A stretch of DNA of 64,000 bases, from contig NC_086118.1 in NCBI RefSeq assembly GCF_963921235.1, forward strand, positions 13,146,001 to 13,210,000, written 5' to 3'. This DNA comes from Mobula hypostoma. Its lineage: Eukaryota. This document shows, one piece after another, positions 26,933 through 38,559 of this stretch. Both the position numbers and the translations under genes were made by a program. A model generated the notes under the pieces. It searched no databases. It was not told the DNA's origin and saw nothing but the letters and a program-made list of their open reading frames with translations. Position 1 is the first letter of the stretch; the number at the start of each line of letters is the position of its first letter.

Positions 26933-27089
26933 TACAGGTCGACCTTCATTAATCCGACTCCTGTAATCCGGTTCCTTCGATAATCCGGCACTGATTATGC
27001 TTAATGTGATCCTTCTATAATTCGGCATTTTCACCAATCCGGCACTCCTCAGGTCCCAAAGGTGCTGGATTAGTGAAGGTCGACCTGTA
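26933..27089. mobile_element. Tc1/mariner-superfamily (pogo/Tigger-like) MITE
   Basis: TA-caggtcgaccttcattaatcc ... ggattagtgaaggtcgacctg-TA; several internal aatccgg motifs. Confidence 0.88.
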
Positions 27090-27579
27090 CTAAACTAAAC
27101 ATTTCAATTTTGGTGGGAAAAACAGATACTGGATGCAACTCTAACTATGTTTTGCATAATTTTGTAAACATTCAAATTTGCCCTCAGCCTCAGTTGGCCT
27201 AGAGAAAAAGATTTATCTCCATCAAATAAGTGTTCAAACCATTAATTGGAGACAAGGACCTCATTGTAGAATTTATCTTAAATTGTTTGCATGCTCAATA
27301 TTTATATACATCTGTTTACATTGTAGTGATGGAACAAACATAGGATTAGCTGACTGGAAAACGTATGTTCTTTTGTGTGTGTAAGTGTTTTAGGATTCTA
27401 TTAATTTCAACTGCACTCCTGCATGAAGAACCACACTGTAGCTCAAAATAAATTGGATATTTCTATCTCTACTAACCAAGGCATTTTGTTTTCGTTTTTT
27501 GCAATCTTCTTCCTCTTTAACAATTGGGTTAATTTCTCTTAAAAATTCAGATATATTCTCAATTTCAGCATCCCAGCTA

Positions 27580-27870
27580 ACGATAAAGATTAGCTTTATT
27601 TGTCACATACACCCAAACATCGAAAAATAAAGTGAAAAGCTCATCCTTTGTGTCAAGGATGTTCTGGGGGCATCAGAAGTGTCGCCATGCTTCCAGTGCC
27701 AATATAACATGCCCACAACTTACTAACCCTACATCTTTGGAGTGTGGGTGGAAACCAGAGCTCTTGGAGGAAATTCATGCGGTTAGTGAGAGAATGTACA
27801 GTGGAGGAGATCAAATGCTGATCTTACAGCTGACACTGAGAAGTGTTAGGCTAACCACTAACCTGACAGT
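27580..27870 (-). mobile_element. SINE remnant
   Basis: tctttggagtgtgggtggaaaccagagc...ggaggaaattcatgcggt V-SINE-like body with a LINE-derived tail. Confidence 0.55.
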
Positions 27871-28481
27871 TAATTAACAACATGAGCAGCAGCATTTCAT
27901 CTTGAGAAGAAACCAAGAACAAAAACTTGGCCGTAAGTGATTCATTCTAGACAATTTTTAAAAGACAATGCTATAAATTTGTGGTCATGACTTGAAACTA
28001 AAACCATAGTGCTGCTGATCTCCATGACTCAGGTAACTGGGGCTCTGAACTGACAATAACTAAGGGTGTACTATTTTAGGGAATATGCCCGTGATTTCAG
28101 ACACAATGAATTCATTATTGTGAAAAGCAGATTTTTCACAGCTTATCACACAGATCACTTTTGTAGCCTTGCTAAAAAGTGTCATAAGTTCATAGAATCT
28201 TAACCCTTTGAAGTAATCTGTTTCAATCAGCATCTCTGTGGTGGCTCTAGGTAAAATTCAACCAATTAGTCTGACTCACTTGTTGTTTCAGCAGAGCCCA
28301 CAATATTTTGTACTTGGTTTTCAAAGTGTATCAATCCAATTCACCTCATGAGGACTCTGTCCTCTCATTCTCCCCACCAAAAGTAATTGAAGACTCAGAT
28401 CTAAAGCCTGTATTGTAATAGACATTATGAGGTACTAAGAGAGAAGAAATACAAAATTGTGAGAGGCATAGATATGGCAGA

Positions 28482-29095
28482 TACAGGGGGTGATTGATAA
28501 GTTCATGGCCTAAGGTAGAAGGAGTCAATTTTAGAAAATCTAGCACATTTATTTCTCAACATAGTCCCCTCCTACATTTACAAACTTAGTCCCGCAGTCA
28601 TGGAGCATACAATCTTGGACCTCCAGAAAGTGTCCACAGCAGGGGTGAATGATAAGTTTGTGGCCTAAGGTAGAAGGAGATGAGTTATACAGCTCTCGTT
28701 ACATGCACATGCAGTTCAACTCTATGAGTGATTATGCAGAAAGGTTGAATTTAATAACTCGTCAGTTAATAACTCATCGGGTGATTGATAAGTTCGTGGC
28801 CTAAGGTAGACAGAGATGAGTTATTAACTTCACCTTTCTGCATAATCACTCAAAGAATTGACCTGCATGTGCATGTAACGAGAACTGGATAACTCATCTC
28901 CTTCTACCATAAGCCACGAACTTATCAATCACCCCTGCTGTGGACACTTTCTGGAGATCAAAGATCCATATGCTCCACGACTGCTGGACTAAGTGCGTAA
29001 TGTAGGAGGGGACTATGTTGAAAAATAAATGTGCTAGGTTTTCTAAAATTGACTCCTTCTACCTTAGGCCACGAACTTATGAATCACCCCTCGTA
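28482..29095. mobile_element. Palindromic mariner-type MITE with five copies of the terminal motif
   Basis: TA at both ends; left and right halves are reverse complements; motif ggggtgattgataagttcgtggcctaaggtaga occurs forward at ~28487, 28642, 28779 and reversed at ~28903, 29058. Confidence 0.9.
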
Positions 29096-31307
29096 TGTCA
29101 AAATTAGAGTATATAGGTTTAAGGTGAGGAATGTCAGGGAGCCTTGACTTCCTTCAGAAGAAGCACATATAGGCCAAACAAAAACCACAGTGTCTCCAAA
29201 AACACCCACCAATATACCCCCATAATGCTTCCACAATACTTTGACCAGTGTTTTGACTGAAGGTCCTTGGACTCTGTGTTGATATTACACTTCCTTTGGG
29301 ACAATTTAAATACATTGAGAAATAATTGGAATGAGAATTTTATAGGATAGGATAGAAAATTTTCTTTGTTTTTGTTTGTCACTCATTCATGACTTAGATC
29401 ATGACATCTAATCTGCAGTGTTATGATATATAGGGGGATGTCTAATTAGACCACCCAGATTGGCAGTCCTTTTCGCAAACATGACAGAGGTGCAGGGATG
29501 CTGGCTAATCTGTCCATTCTCCATGTACTCACCAACCTTCCCTGTTGTCCTCTCCTTCCCTTGCCATTTCACACCTAAACTATTTGAATTCTGACTGAAG
29601 GGCCATCAGCCCAAAATGTTAACTGTCCCCTCATCACAGATGCTGCCTGACCTGTTGAGTATTTCCAGCATTTGTTTTTGTTTCAGATTTCCAGTATCCA
29701 TGGTACTTTATTTGTGTATTATCTGTGGATACTGAGGCTATTCACTAGTTAAATCAGGTAAACCAAAAATTAACATATGGAATTTATTGAAATTAATTAA
29801 TGTATGAGCCTTAATCTGAATGTGGACCAATTCTAAATCAAAGTAGATCTGCCTTTCAGTTTTTGACCTTGCCAATAACACATAGCAATTTCAATGAATG
29901 TGAAAGTCTTACAGAACATAAAAGCAAATCCTCAAAAACTTTTGATGAAATCTTTCTGGCTCTGAAAGCACAGACATCTTCATCATGAAACTATAGTCTT
30001 TTTTTTTGTTCTCCATTCAACTGTCAAACTCTTTAAAGTGACAGTAGTTAAAATCCATCTTGAACCATGGGGAAATGGAAGCTGTTAGGGAAGTACAGGC
30101 TTTGTAAGTTGGTCCAAGCAAAAATATCATGACAAGAAGCTGTGGAGTTTGCATTTTATGAAATAAAAACTTCTGCCCAGGTTTTTGTTCATAATAAACA
30201 GTCTGACTAAAAAAAAATCTTGCAGACAATGACTTGATTCTAGAAATAAGTCCTTATCTCAGTTCTAATTTCTTCCAGTCAGTCTTGGAACTGAAAGGAA
30301 ATTCATGTATTTAAATGTTCCTTTTAAACCTAACAAAAGCAATTCCAACTCAATGAATTGCAACAACTGGTACTTTGCAGGTGTGTGTAGCCAACTATGC
30401 ACTAAGATTCTGGTAGAGCAAATCAGATGCATGAATATTTAAGTGAATGAAAGACTGGGCAAATTATTGAAACTTTGAAGCCAATGATGCAACTATAAAT
30501 TTGGGGAATAACTTGAGTTCACAAAGGATAACTGTAATCTGGTTTTCAGAATAGTGGGAAATAGCATTGACCATTCAAGAGAGATGGACATTCAGAGAAA
30601 GTGACATTATACCGTGGACAAGGCACAGGGGAATAGGACATAGGCTTGCTCTATCCATAGCTAGCACTAACTTGATGGGCTGAATAACCTGCTTTTGTAC
30701 TGTAACAATTCTATGCTTAACTTGTAAACATGCTTTTCTGTTGTCAATGATAGAATGTTAGATCAAGAAGAGATTTGTATTTCTCTTCTACTGTGTGTAG
30801 CAGCCAGAGATCCTATCTGTTCACCTGATAGATTTGTATTCCTACCCTCATTCTGAAGGTTTTAGATTCACTCCAGTATTTGAAGGTGCTACCTAACTTA
30901 ATAATATATATCTTCGATACAGATATAGAGTATGTCATTCATGCACATACAGGACTTGAACCTTGGCGATATGATCATTGGCTCTTTGTCAAGTAGAGAT
31001 CTTCAATTTATGCAGCTATTGTTTTGATACAACAAATAGCTCTCTACTCTCTCTCTGAGAAGGAATATATTGGTACCAAAGTTCCCACAAAACAGTTCAC
31101 AAAATCTTTTCAATTTACAACATTATAATTAACAAAGTTTTTTTTTGTTAATTGCAGAATACTTATAATGTACTGTACTATGCAAAAAAGACATCCCTCA
31201 GAGGAAGCGAACAAATGAGTAGAGGGTGCAATTTGTTAAGAAGAAAATGCTCCAAGCTTGTGGTTCTTCTCATAAAATTTTAATCTCCTGTGACTGTCAA
31301 CATCCTT

Positions 31308-31555
31308 TGTTGTTCATTTACTATTTCAGTAATATTTGAGTAATATTGTAAATATATTCTTTGGTTAAGCATTTGTTGTTGTTAACAGAATTCGTTATGG
31401 GTTATAAGTAAAAGTATGTGAATGGCATATGTTATTATGTCACTTCATCACGAGTGCTTACTTCACTAAGGTTAGAAATGAAGTATCCACATTATCACGG
31501 CCCGCTGTGATTTTCTTTCAATCAGTTTTATGTTTTGGAGTTACAAAATATAACG
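31308..31555. mobile_element. Short solo LTR (Gypsy-like)
   Basis: TGTTG...TAAC(G) termini; imperfect 5-bp TSD tcctt (31303-31307) / tccta (31556-31560). Confidence 0.55.
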
Positions 31556-33094
31556 TCCTACTTCCTAAAACATTCTCACCTATTAATGTGTTAACACACT
31601 TGGGTTTAATTTCCATCACAGTTCCATATTTGAGAATATTGCTTCAAAAGATGTCGTGCAACATTGGATCATGGAAAGATGGTTCTGCTTTTTCCATGAC
31701 AGCAAAGGATTGTAAGGCATAGCTCTCAGAAACGCATTCCTATTTTAAGATGTCATCTTGTAAGTGTTTGCCATTTCCCAGATCTGGTTATGGTAGCTTT
31801 CTTTTCATTTGTTGGTAATTTGCTATAATATTTCAAAGCCGCAAACTCTGTCTAATAATTGGTTTGTCCCCATGCAGTAGTCTTACCTCAACAAATGTGT
31901 AGGATAGCATAGTACGACATTGTTCTAAGGAAATAAATTTCTGTTCTGCTGGGGTGAAATTGTATGAGGCATAGTGTGTGGGGGCTTGTGTTTCTTCTGC
32001 CTCATTATATCAGGTAGCTACTGTGGTTTTTGGAAAAACAAATTTGCAGAGATTGTGTTAGGTCTCTTGTCTAGAGGTCTATTGCTTGCTGAATTTCATT
32101 CATCATTTTCACGAGTGTCTCATAATCTTCTGGGGTAAAAACTAAAGGTTTTCCATTTCTCGGTTTACATCTATCTTATAACAGTTTTAACAATTGAGCA
32201 TCGTCAGGTATGAAAGCTGTAGCATAATTCAATAAGCCTCGGACAGATTGTAAGGCTTTCAGGGTCTTTGGATATCCTACTCAAGGAACTTTTTTGTCTA
32301 ATTTAGGGGTTAAACCACATTTGTGATAGTAGTTGTCATACACAGGAAATTTAGTTTTGTACAACACAGTTGAAATTTTTTAATGTTAATTACAATCAAA
32401 CTGTGACAGAGGTATTAACTGTGTTAAAAGCTTGTCTAGTGTCAGTTATGTAGTATATGTTATCAACATATACTCAAACATTGGGTTATGCCTGTAGAGT
32501 CTGAATGACTCACGCAGAAAATACTTGTGGACTATTCTGAAAACCTTGTGGAAGTCTGGTACACTGAAATCATGAGACATTTGGTGCTGCAGTGTCTGTC
32601 ACTTTCAAGAATTGTCTGTGACTAGAAGCCATTGCCAAGATTTATACTTTTTACAAGTCAATCCTTGCAGTATTGGTTACAGTGACCGCTGCTGGACAAA
32701 ATTATGTTCTGTGTGTTTACTCAGGCTGATGTAGTCAATGACCAATTGCCATTACCCATCAGGCATTGCTATGCCAAACATAGTAAAGTTAAATTAAGAA
32801 GGCTCTATTTTATCAAAGCACCTTGTTTATAGAGGGAGTCTACAATTTCCTGTAGGGATTGATTTCCTCTACAGTCAGCAATATGCCACGGTTTCTGGCA
32901 TGGGAAAGCATTGCATTTTAGTTTAATCAGTTCAATACCAATCATCTCACAGTGGTCAGGATGTTGTAGTAAGTGGCTGTAATATTTGCAAATAATGTTT
33001 CAATTTTGCTCTTATTGATGATAGTTTAGCTGTTTCTGGATATGTACTGTATATCTTGGCATCTGGTACAGTTGCACCAGCTGTAGTTGGAATA

Positions 33095-33165
33095 TATAGC
33101 ACTGTGCAAAAGTCTTGGGTGCATATAGATTGCTAGGGTGCTTAGGACTTTTGCACAGTGCTGTA
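33095..33165. mobile_element. About 70-bp Tc1-type MITE
   Basis: TA-tagcactgtgcaaaagtctt ... ggacttttgcacagtgctg-TA. Confidence 0.8.
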
Positions 33166-33322
33166 ACTTCAATTACCTGTTTGCAATTTATAAGTTACAT
33201 TAAGAATTGAAGACTAGTTCTTGCTGAATTAATATCTGGTCTATTCACATAACTCCAGAATACTCGCTAACAGCTAGCATACAAGATATGGAGCTCATCA
33301 GGGAGTGAACCTCATTGCCATT

Positions 33323-33393
33323 TACAGTGCTGTGCAAAAGTCTTAGGCGTTCTAGCTATGTATATGTGCCTTAGACTTCTGCACAGTACTGTA
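33323..33393. mobile_element. About 70-bp Tc1-type MITE (same family, opposite orientation)
   Basis: TA-cagtgctgtgcaaaagtct ... agacttctgcacagtactg-TA. Confidence 0.85.
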
Positions 33394-34495
33394 GCACATT
33401 CCAGCAGGAAGCACCCAGTGTTGCTGTTAAAAGCACTACTTTATTGCGATATGAGACAAGCTGGTATAAAACCTTTATGGCCACTTCTATTGTTTGTTTA
33501 ATCCCGTAAACCTGTACAGGAAATTTATAAATTGGGCACTTTGATTAATTTCCATATGTGGCTGCAGTGTTAATTTTCCCTGTCAGCTCCCCTAGTTTAT
33601 TACCTTAAATAATATCAGTATTTAGCATTGAAATGTTTGTGCCTATGTCAAAAAGGCAGGGTTATACAGCAGGGTTTGGTCTGTATAATCTGCATCCTAC
33701 TCTATGTTTGATCCCTTCATCATTCCAGTCTCTGATTTAAAGAATGAAATATTCATCATGTTCAATTTGAGGAGCATTTGGGGTATTATCCCATACAGTA
33801 TTCCATTTATAGTATTAACATATTCATTATATTGACCAGCATTTGGTCACACAACTACTGGAATGAGAAGGTTGACCATTTTATCGAACTAGGTGGAGTG
33901 CCATAGCACTTGTTGAGTGCACTTTGGATAGACTGCTGCTGATAATAATTCTGTCTAGATTAATACACTTGGTATAATGTGGCCACATTTGGCATGGACT
34001 GTGATGGTATTGGGTCTGCTGACTGCAAAGATTTCAACTCAAACTTAAACAAAGACCTTAAGCCCTATCCAATATAGATACTGTAGCTATAGGTATCACT
34101 CACTAAACAACAAAGGGTATATGGTAGCTACCCAATCTTCAAAGATTAGTTCACTCTCCTGTTTATCCTCCACAGTGAGTTTAGCACTATTTATGTGATT
34201 CCACCCACCCCCCCGCCCACTATCAAGGAGGAGAATATTCTATCTAAAAGGTAGTTTAAACATGATTAATTTATTTTCAGAGATACACATTTAAATTCAT
34301 CTTAACACAATTAAAACACACAAAGATTTTCTTTCTTATAAAAGACTTCAAAACTACAATCCACTTCTAAAACACAAAGGAATTCCAAAACACAGGTAAA
34401 GTTCCTATAAGCTAAAACGAGATACATATGAGCTGCAGATGAACGAGTCACCCGTTGCAGAAATCAAAGGCAGAGGAATGGATTCTAATTCACCC

Positions 34496-36361
34496 CATAA
34501 AACATAGAATAGTACAGCACAGTACAGGCCCTTCGGCCCACAATGTTGTGCCGACCCTCAAACCCTGCCTCCCATATAAGCCCCCACCTTAAATTCCTCC
34601 ATATACCTGTCTAGTAGTCTCTTAAACTTCACCAGTGTATCTGCCTCCACCACTGACTCAGGCAGTGCATTCCACACACCAACCACTCTCTGAGTAAAAA
34701 ACCTTCCTCTAATATCCCCCTTGAACTTCCCACCCCTTACCTTAAAGCCATGTCCTCTTGCATTGAGCAGTGGTGCCCTGGGGAAGAGGCACTGGCTATC
34801 CACTCTATCTATTCCTCTTATTATCTTGTACACCTCTATCATGTCTCCTCTCATCCTCCTTCTCTCCAAAGAGTAAAGCCCTAGCTCCCTTAATCTCTGA
34901 TCATAATGCATACTTTCTAAACCAGGCAGCATCCTGGTAAATCTCCTCTGTACCCTTTCCAATGCTACCACATCCTTCCTATAGTGAGGTGACCAGAACT
35001 GGACACAGTACTCCAAGTGTGGCCTAACCAGAGTTTTATAGAGCTGCATCACTACATCGCGACTCTTAAACTCTATCCCTTGACTTATGAAAGCTTTCTT
35101 AACTACCCTATCCACCTGTGAAGCAACTTTCAGGGATCTGTGGACATGTACCCCCAGATCCCTCTGCTCCTCCATAATACCAAGTGTCCTGCCATTTACT
35201 TTGTACTCTGCCTTGGAGTTTGTCCTTCCAAAGTGTACCACCTTACACTTCTCTGGGATGAACTCCATCTGCCACTTCTCAGTCCACTTCTGCATCCTAT
35301 CAATGTCTCTCTGCAATCTTTGACAATCCTCTACACTATCTACAACACCACCAACCTTTGTGTCATCTGTAAACATGTCAACCCACCCTCCTACCCCCAC
35401 ATCCAGCTCGTTAATAAAAATCACGAAAAGTAGAGGTCCCAGAACAGATCCTTGTGGGACACCACTAGTCACAATCCTCCAATCTGAATGCACTCCCTCC
35501 ACCACCACCCTCTGCTTTCTGCAGGCAAGCCAATTCTGAATCCACCTGGCCAAACATCCCTGGATCCCATGCCTTCTAACTTTCTGAATAAGTCTACCGT
35601 GTGGAACCTTGTCAAGTGCCTTACTGGAATCCATATAGATCACATCCACTGCACTACCCTCATCTATATGCCTGGTCACCTCTTCAAAGAACTCTATCAG
35701 GCTTGTTAGACACGATCTGCCCTTCACAAAGCCATGCTGACTGTCCCTGATCAGACCATGATTCTCTAAATGCCTATATATCCTATCTCTAAGAATATTT
35801 TCCAACAGCTTTCCCACCACAGACATAAGGCTCACTGCTCTATAATTACCCGGACTGTCCCTACTACCTTTTTTGAACAAGGGAACAACATTCGCCTCCC
35901 TCCAATCCTCCGGTACCATTCCCGTGCACAACGAGGACATAAAGATCCTCGCCAGAGGCTCAGCAATCTCTTTTCTCGCCTCATGGAGCAGCCTGGGGAA
36001 TATTCTGTCAGGCCCCGGGGACTTATCTGTCCTAATGTATTTTAACAACTCCAACACCTCCTCTCCCTTAATATCAAAATGCTCCAGAACATCAATCTCA
36101 CTCATATTGTCCTCACCATCATCAAGTTCCCTCTCATTGGTGAATACGAAAGAGAAGTATTCATTGAGGACCTCGCTCACTTCCACAGCCTCCAGGCACA
36201 TCTTCCCACCTTTATCTCTAATCGGTCCTACCTTCACTCCTGTCATCCATTTTTTCTTCACATAATTGAAGAATGCCTTGGGGTTTTCCTTTACCCTACT
36301 CACCAAGGCCTTCTCATGCCCCCTTCTTGCTCTTCTCAGCCCCTTCTTAAGCTCCTTTCTC
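34496..36361 (-). mobile_element. Young 5'-truncated CR1 LINE with an uninterrupted RT frame (ORF 34558-36384)
   Basis: 608-aa ORF with KSPGPD, NYRAVSLMSVVGK, QHGFVKGRSCLT, SGVPQGSVLGPLLF, FTDD, LYKTLVRPHLEY; no endonuclease domain; CR1 3' tail. Confidence 0.96.
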
Positions 36362-36908
36362 ATTCTTTTGATATTCATGCTCATGATCTTCTCATTCTTC
36401 TTGATATTCCTGGGCCATTCCTAAAAATCCTGGACTGCTCTCTTCATTTATGCTGTTTCACTGCGAATTGAGTGATGTTGCACATATGTGATTTTTTTTT
36501 CCATATACCTTTTAACACAAGTGGTCAAAAAGCTTCTGGGGACGGAGTTCCCAGATATCCACAATTAATGCTGTGAAGTGACTCCTTGAGTACACAAACC
36601 TTCCAACTATTGATAAATCAGTTGATGTATTAAGTGATATTGCAGGCTTCCTTGAACTACCGTAACCAGCATTGTCTTGTTGAAATAAGCCCAATTAACC
36701 TATCCCATTGACTTACATGCTTTCTCCTAAGTAATAAACCAGGTACATTGTGCTATAGACTGACTTGTTTGCAAAGCTGTCTTTTTAACTTGATTATTAC
36801 TTGTGATTTACATCAAAATATGATGACCGGTTCCCATTTATGACAATAAGCTGAAAAAAGTATAGTAGTTGTAAGTTTATCTTACTTAAGAACAATACTT
36901 TCATCCTT

Positions 36909-37413
36909 AGTCAGTCAGTCAGTGGGTGCTGTCCCAAATCCGGGGTTGGCGGCTAAACACCTCCATCTTTTTCGATCTTGAAACAGCACCAAGTACAGCC
37001 TCTCCTCCAGTTTGTTCTCGCTGTCTGCTTTGGCACCGCCTGCCGCTGCCCCTGCCGAACTTGACCCCGAGGCCGTGTTGGCCTCCAGCCGCGGCCGCTT
37101 CTTTGAGCTCGGCCCTTCCTTAGGTGGAGGCCTTGGACAGGTCTAGGCACATGGTAAAGCGCCCAAGTTCATCATGTCTCTTCTAACTAAGTGTATAGCA
37201 TCCGATTGGTAGTACGTGGTGAGGCTTTAATCTCTACACGGAAGATGGCCGTTGGCTCACAACGAGCTCATCTGTCCTTTGTCAGGTCTCGTTTTTTTTT
37301 AGTCCTGCTGGGTGTCCTCACACCCTCCTCACCAGACTAAGTCCGGTGGGGGAGCCGACCCAAGTTGCCGACCACTCAACCACGGCCCCCAGCTGAGCAC
37401 CAGGTGCCCGCCC
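36909..37413 (-). mobile_element. GC-rich non-autonomous retroposon with (ACTG)n tail, probably RTE-related
   Basis: Abrupt GC-rich block in AT-rich context; minus-strand 3' end ...gggacagcacccactgactgactgact; no coding motifs. Confidence 0.55.
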
Positions 37414-37840
37414 CTACCAAATGTCTCTGAGCGCCCGGCATCCAAACCAAAACTTAGTAATGTCAGCTGTTATGTTTAGAAAGCTGAGCTTGGCAAAAAG
37501 AAAAGGCCACTTGGCCCTGGACATAGCATAATATGTAAGGTTCTTAGTAGATCCTTGAATTAGATTGGTGGTTGTTGATAAGTTTCTGATATACTGTGTT
37601 TGGGACATTGCAGCTGATCTTAACGTACTTAGCATCTAAACTTCAGGTATGGCTACATCCCAGTGGGAGGACAGTATGTGATGGGACTGAGTTTAGGAGT
37701 TAAAATAATAGATTTTATTCTTACTTCTTTTGTCCAATAACAACAATATCAAGCACCAAAGCAATTAACATACTGCCAAATAAAAATACTTGAAAACACA
37801 AACCTTCTATTGTTCACAGACCAGAGATCTTATTATATCA

Positions 37841-38063
37841 CAAACATGAGAAAGAAAGTCTGCAGATGCTGGAAATCCAAAGCAACACACACAAGATTCT
37901 GAAGGAACTCAGCAAGGCGGGCAACATCTATGGAAAAGTCTAAACAATCGACATTTCAGCCTGAGACCATTCTTCAGGACTCCTTCTTGGCCTGAAACAA
38001 CGACTGTTCATTTCTTTCCATAGATGCTGCCTGGCCTGCTGAGGTCCTCCAGCACTTTGAGTG
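37841..38063. mobile_element. Older fold-back Penelope-derived mini-element
   Basis: Inverted arms around ~37980; 15-bp TSD gatct(t/c)attatatca (37826-37840, 38064-38078). Confidence 0.75.
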
Positions 38064-38087
38064 GATCTCATTATATCAAATTGTTAT

Positions 38088-38445
38088 AATGCTGTCTAAG
38101 TTGCATGCCATCTGGGTCAATGTCTCCCATCCACTACATAATGTACTGGGTGGGCACAGGAGTACATTCAGCCAAAGACTCATTCCTCCGAGATGCAGCA
38201 CAGAGTGTCATAGGAAGTCATTCCTGCCTGTGGCCATCAAACTTTACAACTCCTCCCTTGGAGGGTCAGACACCCTGAGCCGATAGGCTGGTCCTGGACT
38301 TATTTCATAATTTACTGTCATAATTTACATATTACTATTTAACTATTTATGGTTCTATTACTATTTATTATTTATGGTGCAACTGTAACGAAAACTAATT
38401 TCCCTCTGGGATCAATAAAGTATGACTTTACTTTACTGTTTACTT
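38088..38445 (+). mobile_element. Rex1/Babar 3' fragment (same family as 43069-46161)
   Basis: MLSKLHAI...SFLPVAIKLYNSS is nearly identical to 45805-45999; same 3' UTR. Confidence 0.9.
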
Positions 38446-38559
38446 TTTATAGAATCTTGAAGGAGCACTTTAGAGCTTCACTGTAATACAGGTTTGTTGG
38501 TGCAACTCATCCACATTAACAAAGAAGCATTTATTCACATGAATGCCATTTATCCCCCT

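Larger units (their letters stand above)
31556..33810 (-). pseudogene. pol: Degraded endogenous retrovirus pol (protease-RT-connection), foamy virus-like
   Basis: Manual translation: LFDIGTNIS (protease, ~33629-33655); QKPWHI...LQEIVDSLYKQG (~32820-32898); PDG*WQLVIDY (32731-32763); NLGNGF (32625-32642); TRLPQGFQNSP (32528-32560); PNV*VYVDNIY (~32453-32485); PKTLKALQSVRGLLNYATAFIP (32206-32271); YASYNFTPAEQKFISLEQ (~31920-31974); EKKATITR (31783-31806). Order and spacing match spumavirus Pol. Confidence 0.8.

Noticed and set aside
29700..31200. Expected integrase/env of the foamy-like element
   Set aside because: No HHCC, DDE or env-like motifs found by manual translation.
31308..31555. Possible 3' LTR of the foamy-like ERV
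   Set aside because: It has its own TSD-like flanks, lies where pol should continue, and has no upstream partner in the window.
35087..36471. Plus-strand ORFs overlapping the CR1
   Set aside because: Antisense shadows of the CR1 RT frame.
37215..37285. Hammerhead-like cagatgagctc...gagccaac on the minus strand
   Set aside because: Both core boxes deviate from CTGANGA and GAAA.
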